64,000 nt of DNA, taken from contig MFGB01000020.1 of NCBI GenBank assembly GCA_001780275.1, positions 104,813-168,812 of the forward strand, in the 5' to 3' direction. The notes beneath the pieces were generated by a model. It had not been told where the DNA came from. It ran no database searches and saw only the letters and a program-made list of their open reading frames with translations. This document shows, one piece after another, positions 48,230 through 55,208 of the stretch; the stretch's first letter is position 1, and every line of letters starts with the position of its first letter. Source of the DNA: Candidatus Falkowbacteria bacterium RIFOXYA2_FULL_47_19 (GTDB lineage Bacteria; Patescibacteriota; Patescibacteriia; Patescibacteriales; UBA12075). Made by a program: the position numbers and the translations under genes.

Positions 48230-48316
48230 CCTGTCCGCCTCTGGCGGAAGGGTTTGCCCGCGGCTGGAGAGCATTATACGAGCACCGACCCGCCATAGGC
48301 GGGGAGGGCGGAGCGA
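48230..48316. repeat. GC-rich repeat R1a (~87 nt), about 90% identical to 48980-49064
   Basis: CCTGTCCGCCTCTGGCGGAAGGG(T/C)TTGCCCGCGGC...GAGCACCGACCCG(C/T)CAT(A/G)GGCGGGGAGGGCGGAGCGA. Confidence 0.85.
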
Positions 48317-48376
48317 TGGCGGAGGAGTAATAAAAAATTTCGCTCCTTATTTATAATTTTGGCAATTTGTTAATAT

Positions 48377-48781
48377 TTAAGAAGAAACATTAATTTTTCC
48401 ACCCTCTATATTATCTATTGTGTTTTCTAATTTTGATTCAGCTTCATCCAGACCACCGAGAATATCGCTAATTTTTTCATTCTCGAAATTAAAGACTGAT
48501 TTTTTATCAGAAATTCCACGAACTGCATTACCCAATTCTTTTCCCCACCCCTGTTCTTCTTTTGGCACAAAATCATCAATGTTGTCTTCGATTTCTTTCC
48601 AGGTTTTATCTTTAATACTTTTACCATGCCTTTTTATTAACATGTTAAAACCCGATTTCATAACTTTAACGTGATCTAAAGTTTTTTTTGCCTCCTTTAA
48701 TGTTTTTTGCTCTTCGGCTATTTTTCGAGAAAAATTTAGCTCTTTTTCGTTTTTTGGTTGAAAAGTTGTTTCTTTTTCCAT
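48377..48781 (-). CDS. Hypothetical protein (134 aa, charged)
   Basis: Clean ORF. Bracketed by an 18/19 inverted repeat (48353-71 / 48801-19). Confidence 0.4.
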   Translation of the reverse strand: MEKETTFQPKNEKELNFSRKIAEEQKTLKEAKKTLDHVKVMKSGFNMLIKRHGKSIKDKTWKEIEDNIDDFVPKEEQGWGKELGNAVRGISDKKSVFNFENEKISDILGGLDEAESKLENTIDNIEGGKINVSS

Positions 48782-48854
48782 AGATTTGTTATTTGTGACA
48801 AATAAATTGCCAAAATTATTAATTAATATAGTGATTTTTTATTATTGCGTATAA

Positions 48855-49120
48855 CGGGCCGCGGGATTTGCGATGCGCGTGGCTCCGCCTCGCAGGCGGG
48901 GACAGGCGTTTCGCATATCCCGAGTAGGGCGTGTTCGCTCCGGCTGCCCGCAGGGCAGGCGAGCGGCAGCGGCGAACAGCCTGTCCGCCTCTGGCGGAAG
49001 GGCTTGCCCGCGGCCGGAGCATTATGCGAGCACCGACCCGTCATGGGCGGGGAGGGCGGAGCGATTTTTTCCGAACCGTGGTAATATCTGAGGTTTTGTC
49101 ACCTCCTTATTGAATTTATT
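48855..49120 (+). ncRNA. Candidate multi-hairpin structured RNA (~265 nt, very GC-rich), contains repeat R1b (48980-49064); class unknown, strand tentative
   Basis: Long-range GGCCGCGGG (48857-65) / CCCGCGGCC (49007-15). Hairpins: GGGATTTGCG/CGCATATCCC (48863-921) with inner CCGCC-TCGCA-GGCGG; GTTCGC..CTGCCC-GCA-GGGCAG..GCGAAC (48933-77); CCGCC-TCT-GGCGG (48985-97); CCCGTC-ATG-GGCGGG (49037-51). A terminator-like GAGGT-TTTGTC-ACCTC plus a T-rich tail (49090-49120) occurs on the plus strand. Confidence 0.35.
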
Positions 49121-49154
49121 TGGTAATAAAATTTGGGTGAATCCGATTAATTAA

Positions 49155-49607
49155 TTATTTTATTATGTTCTCAAGGTTTCCGTTGATAATAATCGGTTTT
49201 AAATCTTCTAACTCGTCAACATAATGCATTCTTTCACTTCGTTCAGGAATTGGATTATAAAGGTATATTGTTTTCTCATGTCCGTAAGCAAAGCCCATTT
49301 CCATTAAAGTGCTACCACCAATGTAATTATCTATACCTTTCTTTTCCATATTCAGAACAAGTATAGCATCAGAATGTTTTATATAATTCCAATATCTTTT
49401 TATCATATCAACAGGCTCAGCGTTCCTAAGTCCAATATCCCCACCTTCTTCCTTGGCTTTGAGATAATCTTCAAATTTTAGTTTGCCGTCAATCATCTTT
49501 TGAGTAAAAAGTGGGATATTAACCGTCCATCCTTTATCCTCCAATTCTTTTTTAAGCTCGATTATCTTCGGGGAGAAATCGACGCTCGAACATATTGTTA
49601 TAGTCAT
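49155..49607 (-). CDS. Nucleoside 2-deoxyribosyltransferase-like (NDT/DUF4406-like) protein
   Basis: MTITICSSVDF...ILVLNMEKKGIDNYIGGSTLMEMGFAYGHEKTIYLYNPIPE resembles the NDT-like Rossmann family. I chose the start at 49607. The longer track ORF (49682) adds an implausible leader that overlaps the upstream gene. Confidence 0.45.
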   Translation of the reverse strand: MTITICSSVDFSPKIIELKKELEDKGWTVNIPLFTQKMIDGKLKFEDYLKAKEEGGDIGLRNAEPVDMIKRYWNYIKHSDAILVLNMEKKGIDNYIGGSTLMEMGFAYGHEKTIYLYNPIPERSERMHYVDELEDLKPIIINGNLENIIK

Positions 49608-49666
49608 ACTAAATAAAAAAATAATAATCTGGCGTAGCCAGTTATGCCGTGATAGGCGAAGTAATA

Positions 49667-49993
49667 TTAACATTTTCCACAAGTGCCCAGACCAGAATTG
49701 TTAGCTTTTTGGCACACCCATCTGAGTATTCCAGAATATCCTTTTTCGGGCTCTACTTCATCTAAAGAGGCAATTGATTTATCTATTGGCAACCCGCTAT
49801 TTTCGCAGATTCCTTTAAATGGATAACGTTTTTTTGCAGAAATCCGTCCTTTGTTTCTGTGTTTGGTCGCAATTACACCAATTCTCTTTGCAACTGCGAC
49901 AGGATTATGCGCAGAAACAATCGCCTCTTTAATTTGCCCCTGAATGCATTCCGTGAGCCCCTTATCGTGTTGGTCAAGTTTTAATGCTGTCAT
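49667..49993 (-). CDS. Hypothetical protein (108 aa, C-terminal Cys cluster)
   Basis: Clean ORF. Its 5' UTR and its stop-codon region form a 17/18-nt inverted repeat (49663-80 / 49994-50010). Confidence 0.4.
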   Translation of the reverse strand: MTALKLDQHDKGLTECIQGQIKEAIVSAHNPVAVAKRIGVIATKHRNKGRISAKKRYPFKGICENSGLPIDKSIASLDEVEPEKGYSGILRWVCQKANNSGLGTCGKC

Positions 49994-50260
49994 GTGGAAA
50001 TGTTAATATTATTTAGCCTATCAAGTTATATGTGAACTTATTGCGGATTGTTTAAAAATTAGTTAAAATATGTTTATTAACTTCTTAGCATAAGGCTTTA
50101 TGCCGGGAAATATTTATATCCGAGCAAGGATTTCGTGTAGAAATTTTTCAGGGAAATGCGGATTCGTAATTTTAGCGGGAAAACCAGTAGGGCCTATTTG
50201 TATTATAACAGGAATTTATAAGTGATTACAATGCTAAAACCCTCGATGTTCAACTGAATT

Positions 50261-50968
50261 ATGCTTAATCTTAAAGAAGAAGAAAACCTGTTCACACTAG
50301 GATATAGATTCGTTGGCGGACTAGACGAAGCCGGACGCGGGCCTTTGGCCGGACCGGTCGTGGCCGCCTGCGTTATTTGTGAACGCGATCATAAAATCAA
50401 CATGGAGACCCTTAAAGACGTAAAAGACTCGAAGAAGCTCACGGAAAAGAAAAGGGAAAAGCTCTTTGGACTTATCCAGGAGAATGTTTTTGAGGTCGGG
50501 GTCGGGGTTTGCGACCAGGATACCATAGACAGAATAAATATATTCCAGGCTTCTCTCTTGGCCATGAAAAAAGCGATCGGCGCGCTTAAAAATAAGCCGG
50601 AATTCATAATGCTTGACGGAAAATTCCCGATTCCAAATATCAGTCTAAAACAAAGAGCGATCATCGGCGGCGATAACCTCGTCTTTTCCATAGCCGCGGC
50701 TTCAATTATCGCAAAAGTAACCCGCGATCGGATCATGCGCACCCACCATGAAGAATATCCGGAATACGGCTTTGATAAGCATAAGGGCTATGGGACAAAA
50801 TTCCACATAGAACAACTGGCAAAACACGGACCCTGCCGTCTCCACCGGAAAAGCTTTGAGCCAATAAGGAAATTCTATAATAATACGGCCAATATTTTAA
50901 AATCCCCCTTAATCCTTGTTAATAATAAAAAAATTAACTATAATAATAATGTAATCAAGGAGAATTAA
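50261..50968 (+). CDS. rnhB: Ribonuclease HII
   Basis: GLDEAGRGPLAGPVVAACV, DSKKLTEKKRE, HKGYGT. Confidence 0.9.
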   Translation: MLNLKEEENLFTLGYRFVGGLDEAGRGPLAGPVVAACVICERDHKINMETLKDVKDSKKLTEKKREKLFGLIQENVFEVGVGVCDQDTIDRINIFQASLLAMKKAIGALKNKPEFIMLDGKFPIPNISLKQRAIIGGDNLVFSIAAASIIAKVTRDRIMRTHHEEYPEYGFDKHKGYGTKFHIEQLAKHGPCRLHRKSFEPIRKFYNNTANILKSPLILVNNKKINYNNNVIKEN

Positions 50969-50982
50969 CAATCCAAGTTTTT

Positions 50983-51537
50983 ATGCATAATATCACTGGC
51001 GGGGATAAATTATTGGACGTTAAGGTAATTTTAAATAAAGCGGAAATAGGCGAGGGTATGAAAGTGGCCGATTTGGGCTGCGGCTCGACCGGACACTTTG
51101 TTTTTCCGGCTTCCGCTATGGTCGGCGAGAAAGGCCTTGTATACGCGGTCGATATATTAAAAACCGTATTGGAAACCATTAACCGGCGGATAAAGTATGA
51201 GAACGCAAAGAATATAATTACCGTCTGGAGCAATATTGAAATATTCAAAGCCACTAAAATAGAATCCGGAAGCCTTAACGTCGCTCTGTTGGTTAATACT
51301 CTTTATCAGTCGCATAAGCGGGCCGAAATAATCCGCGAATCGGTCCGGATGATAAAAAAGGGCGGTAAACTTATAATCGTAGAATGGAAAAACACGGCTT
51401 TGCCCTTTGGTCCCCCGACAGAGGAACGCGTTAATAAGGATGCTTTAATAAAAAGCGGTCCCCGGCTCGGTCTTGAGTTTGAGGAGGAATTTTTTGCGGG
51501 ACATTATCATTACGGCCTTATTTTTACAAAATCATAA
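50983..51537 (+). CDS. Class I SAM-dependent methyltransferase
   Basis: VADLGCGSTGHF motif I, 184 aa. Confidence 0.65.
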   Translation: MHNITGGDKLLDVKVILNKAEIGEGMKVADLGCGSTGHFVFPASAMVGEKGLVYAVDILKTVLETINRRIKYENAKNIITVWSNIEIFKATKIESGSLNVALLVNTLYQSHKRAEIIRESVRMIKKGGKLIIVEWKNTALPFGPPTEERVNKDALIKSGPRLGLEFEEEFFAGHYHYGLIFTKS

Positions 51538-51559
51538 TTAACCATAATTAATTTAATTT

Positions 51560-51946
51560 ATGAGTAATTTTTTAAGCATTAAGTTCTGGTTGAACACCGG
51601 GCCCGGCGGACTAAGTCCGACCTCCTTTAAAATATTCGTTATTTTTATCGGCGCGATGCTAGTGGGCGCCTTTATTTCCTACCTAATTAAGAATCGAAAA
51701 AAAAGCCTTTACACGAAAATATGGCTGAGGCTTAGTTCGTTTTTTCTGACGAATTTTTTTCTGGGACTGATGTTTTTATTTTTTACTTACGAATTAATAC
51801 CCTTTTTATCGGCCCGGATACTGCTTCTACTCTGGGTAATCGGCGTACTTGTCTGGCTTGTTTTAATTTTGCGCCATGTTTTGACCATTCCGAAGATCAA
51901 AGAAGAAAAAGAAAAAGAACAGGAATTCAAGAAGTATATACCGTAA
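51560..51946 (+). CDS. Hypothetical membrane protein
   Basis: 128 aa, 3-4 TM helices. Confidence 0.45.
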   Translation: MSNFLSIKFWLNTGPGGLSPTSFKIFVIFIGAMLVGAFISYLIKNRKKSLYTKIWLRLSSFFLTNFFLGLMFLFFTYELIPFLSARILLLLWVIGVLVWLVLILRHVLTIPKIKEEKEKEQEFKKYIP

Positions 51947-51974
51947 TATTTTAAGCTCGGAATAAGACTATTTA

Positions 51975-51999
51975 AACAGCAGATCTTTCTGCTGTTTTT
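51975..51999 (+). terminator. Rho-independent terminator
   Basis: Stem AACAGCAG/CTGCTGTT followed by TTT. Confidence 0.7.
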
Positions 52000-52016
52000 A
52001 AAAATCTGGATTGATC

Positions 52017-52391
52017 ATGATTTTATTTATGATGAATTATAAACAAAAAATCGGTCAGTATGGTGAAAATCTGGCCGTTGAATATTTAAATAGAAAAAAT
52101 TATCTGATCATTGGCCGCAACCTCAGGGCCAGTTATCAGGAAATAGATATTATCGCTAAGGTAAAAGAAAAAACCATAATAATAGAGGTAAAAACACGGG
52201 TTTCAAATAGCCCGGGATTGGCGGAAGAAAATTTCAGTCGACGAAAAATAAATAATTTAATGAGAGCCCTTAAATTATACGCCCTTAAAAATGAGATAGA
52301 TCCGGACGAAATTCAACTCGATCTTATCACCATAGATATTAATCGTCTAAATAAAATAGCTAATATAAAGCATTATAAAGACGTATATTAG
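52017..52391 (+). CDS. YraN-family (UPF0102) endonuclease-like protein
   Basis: GQYGENLAVEYLNRKNYLIIGRN...EIDIIA...IIEVKTR. The start is ambiguous: TTG at 52011 or ATG at 52017, 52029 or 52032. Confidence 0.7.
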   Translation: MILFMMNYKQKIGQYGENLAVEYLNRKNYLIIGRNLRASYQEIDIIAKVKEKTIIIEVKTRVSNSPGLAEENFSRRKINNLMRALKLYALKNEIDPDEIQLDLITIDINRLNKIANIKHYKDVY

Positions 52392-52402
52392 TTATCCAGA
52401 GC

Positions 52403-52581
52403 TTGTCAACAGGCCTTAAGTTGATAATATTACTTAAGGGGTGTTAATAAAGAAAAAGATTATTACACAACCTTATCCACTGAAAAATCGGGGTTAAACA
52501 CAGCCTATGAACGGGTTATGTACTTGACCCTAAGTATAGCACGGAGATAAAGTATTAATACCGATTAGGATCGGTTTTTTT
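52403..52581 (+). ncRNA. Candidate small RNA transcription unit (promoter to terminator, ~145-nt transcript)
   Basis: TTGTCA (52403-08) - N16 - TAATAT (52425-30). No ORF. Terminator CCGAT-tagg-ATCGG plus T7 (52561-81). ACTTAAGGGG near the 5' end can pair with CCCTAAGT (~52527). Confidence 0.35.
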
Positions 52582-52614
52582 AATTCAGAACAGGTATAAC
52601 TTCATCAGATTTTT

Positions 52615-52677
52615 GCGCTAGGGTTAAGGGGGCGTTTTGTCGGGTTTTCCTGATTCGTTTCCCCTTAACCCTAGCGC
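52615..52677. repeat. Perfect 17-bp inverted repeat GCGCTAGGGTTAAGGGG / CCCCTTAACCCTAGCGC with a 29-nt loop
   Basis: Arms at 52615-31 and 52661-77. Lies ~70 nt upstream of the 52746 gene. No T-run follows. Confidence 0.85.
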
Positions 52678-52745
52678 GTTATCTTAATATTAAAAGTTTA
52701 AATACAAGATAAGACTAAAAATATATAGAAGGAGGCACGATATTT

Positions 52746-53741
52746 ATGTTGCGATATGGCAAATACTTTATTATTTTAATTTTTTTAGGTTTAAGTCTTT
52801 TTCTGATTAATCCGGTTGAGGCCGCAGATAATAGCGCCGGAGCTGTACCGCCGGCACCAACGCTTATCGGGCCGGACGGTTTTAAAAAAATAGGCCGGGC
52901 CAAACCGAAGATAACCGGTTTAACGAAGAGCGGTACCGCGGTTTATGTTTATATTGACGGGGTATATAACGGCAAGACCGATGTTCTCGCTGACGACTCC
53001 GGTACAGCCGATTTCGCCTATGATCCGTTCCTGAATCTAAGTAAGGGCGAGCACATAGTCTGGGCCGTCGCTAAAGACAGCCAGGGAAACAAGAGCTTTA
53101 TATCAAATACGCTAAAGTTCTCCATAGAGCTTCCATTCCCCGCCCCGACGCTTTTTAAACCAGTGGTTAACAGCGGTACGAATTTTGAAAAACCGTATAT
53201 CGTCGGATTGGCGAAGAATGATTCTAGGGTTAAAATATTTATTGATAAAAAGTTTTTCGGGGAATTTGATGTAAAAAACCATAATTCAGGAACGACCGAT
53301 TTTGCTTATTTGCCGTTCTTGCCGCTTACAGAGGGGCGGCACATGGTTTATAGCGTATCAACCGACAAGGAGGGCAAGGAAAGCGCCTGGTCGAACATTG
53401 TTTATTTTACTGTCGAGCGCCAAAAAGAATCATCCGCTCCTATAGTAGCGGCGGCAGAGTCTGAATTTCCGGATGATTCCGAAAAAACCAATTTCGGAAA
53501 AGTTACCGAAGCGGCCGCGTCCGAAGAAATCGCGGAGATCAAGGCCCTGATCAACCGGGACGCGGAAAATACCGATTCAACGGGGGCGATCAATGAAAAG
53601 GAAGAAAGCCAGGGCAGACTTAATTTAAACTCAATTATATTTATCGTTTTTCTATTGGCTGTGATCAGCTGGATATTCTGGGTTAATCGCGAGCTTATAA
53701 AGGAAAGAAGAGAAGCGGTAAAAAGCGATCCCGGCGATTAA
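52746..53741 (+). CDS. Secreted protein with duplicated Ig-like domains and a C-terminal TM anchor
   Basis: AAGGAGG RBS and a signal peptide. Two homologous modules (PAPTLIGPDG...TADFAYDPFLNLSKGEH and PAPTLFKPVV...TTDFAYLPFLPLTEGRH). C-terminal hydrophobic helix. Confidence 0.55.
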   Translation: MLRYGKYFIILIFLGLSLFLINPVEAADNSAGAVPPAPTLIGPDGFKKIGRAKPKITGLTKSGTAVYVYIDGVYNGKTDVLADDSGTADFAYDPFLNLSKGEHIVWAVAKDSQGNKSFISNTLKFSIELPFPAPTLFKPVVNSGTNFEKPYIVGLAKNDSRVKIFIDKKFFGEFDVKNHNSGTTDFAYLPFLPLTEGRHMVYSVSTDKEGKESAWSNIVYFTVERQKESSAPIVAAAESEFPDDSEKTNFGKVTEAAASEEIAEIKALINRDAENTDSTGAINEKEESQGRLNLNSIIFIVFLLAVISWIFWVNRELIKERREAVKSDPGD

Positions 53742-53784
53742 TAAAAGTTTATATAAAAGCCCAATGGGCCCCTTCTTTAAGCCT

Positions 53785-53817
53785 AAAGGACCCTGTTTCA
53801 ACGGAACAGGGTCCTTT
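53785..53817 (+). terminator. Strong hairpin terminator
   Basis: 13-bp stem AAAGGACCCTGTT/AACAGGGTCCTTT. Confidence 0.75.
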
Positions 53818-53881
53818 GTTATCGGGATTGTCAAAAAGGATAAATAATAGTATGATAATAGAAGATTTTTCTGTAACTATT

Positions 53882-55150
53882 ATGATAAAATTTAAATTAA
53901 AAAAAGCGATCAATTTGATTATAATTTGTTTTTTTCTGTTTGCGGCGTTTAATTCTGTTTTTGCCCAGAACAATAAAGTTTATCTTTATTTTTTTTATGG
54001 CGACGGCTGTCCGCATTGCGCGAAAGAGGAGAAATTTTTAGATAAGATAGAAAAAGATAATTCTAATATCATAATAAAGCGCTATGAAGTCTGGAAAGAT
54101 CGGGATAACGCCAGGCTTTTGTCCGGCATCGCCAAAGAGTTAAATTTATCTGTTTCCGGCGTCCCCCTTCTTATTATCGGCGACGAAACTGTTTCCGGTT
54201 ATTATAGCGATGAAACTACGGGCGCTGAAATTAAGTCGATCGTTTTTGATCATATAAAAAACGGCTGCAACGATATCGTAGCGCCCCTTCTTAACGATGA
54301 ACCCGGTCCGGACAACGGACAGTGTATTCATGGCTGCGACTTGGGAGACACGGAGTGTATACATAACTGCGGCTGCGAGACCGACGCAAAGAAAGAGATC
54401 CCCGACCGGGTCAATATACCGATACTGGGAGAAGTTGAAGTAAAAAATTTGTCTTTGCCGTTTTTAACTTTTATTATCGCCGCCGCCGACGGCTTTAATC
54501 CCTGCGCGATGTGGGTGCTTTTGTTTTTGATCAGCTTGCTTTTGGGAGTGGAAAACAAAAAACGGATGTGGATATTGGGAATAGTCTTTATCGCGGTTTC
54601 CGGGGCGGTTTATTTCCTGTTTTTAGCGGCCTGGCTCAACCTTTTTTTGTTTTTAGGTTTTGTTACATGGATCAGGTCGGTCGTCGGCTTGATAGCCCTC
54701 TTAAGCGGCGGCTATCATCTTTACGATTATTACCGCAACCGGGACGGAACCTGCCGCGTTACCGATAATGAAAAGAGAAAAAAAGTTTTCGATAAATTGC
54801 GGACGATAGTGATGGAAAAGAAATTCATCCTGGCTTTGTCCGGAATTATTTTGCTGGCCGCGGCCGTTAATCTGGTTGAGCTTGTCTGCTCCGCCGGACT
54901 GCCCGCGGTTTATACTCAGGTAATCGCCTTGGCCGGATTGCCGTCCTGGCAATATTACGGATATCTTCTTCTTTATATATTGATTTTCATGCTGGACGAT
55001 CTTTTGATCTTCTTTGTCGCCATGTTCACTCTGCGGATGAAAGCTATAAGTTCGCGCTATACCCGCTGGTCGAACGCGATTGGCGGAATTATTATGCTTA
55101 TTGTCGGATTATTGCTGCTGTTCAAACCCGGGTGGATCATGTTCGGTTAG
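53882..55150 (+). CDS. Thioredoxin-fold (CPHC) domain fused to a CcdA/DsbD-like transmembrane domain
   Basis: Signal peptide MIKFKLKK...VFA, YGDGCPHCAKEE, then membrane helices with DGFNPCAMWVL and ELVCSAGLP. I moved the start from the track's 53816 because that overlaps the terminator. Confidence 0.6.
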   Translation: MIKFKLKKAINLIIICFFLFAAFNSVFAQNNKVYLYFFYGDGCPHCAKEEKFLDKIEKDNSNIIIKRYEVWKDRDNARLLSGIAKELNLSVSGVPLLIIGDETVSGYYSDETTGAEIKSIVFDHIKNGCNDIVAPLLNDEPGPDNGQCIHGCDLGDTECIHNCGCETDAKKEIPDRVNIPILGEVEVKNLSLPFLTFIIAAADGFNPCAMWVLLFLISLLLGVENKKRMWILGIVFIAVSGAVYFLFLAAWLNLFLFLGFVTWIRSVVGLIALLSGGYHLYDYYRNRDGTCRVTDNEKRKKVFDKLRTIVMEKKFILALSGIILLAAAVNLVELVCSAGLPAVYTQVIALAGLPSWQYYGYLLLYILIFMLDDLLIFFVAMFTLRMKAISSRYTRWSNAIGGIIMLIVGLLLLFKPGWIMFG

Positions 55151-55208
55151 CTCCCGGGTTAAATGAAAATTCGGCAAAGCCGCGAAAAAGGGCAGACGTA
55201 AACTTTAT

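Noticed and set aside
48230-49064. Interpreting the R1a/R1b repeat pair as a DGR template/variable repeat pair
   Set aside because: Both copies are non-coding. The differences are mixed transitions plus an indel rather than adenine-specific changes. No reverse transcriptase gene is present.
48819-49113. Six overlapping 60-79-aa ORFs on both strands inside the GC-rich block
   Set aside because: They overlap each other in several frames and strands. They are Arg/Ala/Gly/Pro-rich, as expected from stop-poor GC-rich sequence, and lack RBS or start context. The region is better explained by nested hairpins (a structured RNA/DNA element).
44740-50260. Calling the array a canonical integron
   Set aside because: No intI-like tyrosine recombinase or attI is visible in the window. 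Only one spacer has a plausible RYYYAAC...GTTRRRY pair, and even that fold has an extra side hairpin. I therefore kept it as a hypothesis rather than a feature call.
52585-52680. Possible hammerhead ribozyme (CTGATGA on the minus strand at 52602-08)
   Set aside because: No correctly placed GAAA core and no three-stem arrangement could be built around it.
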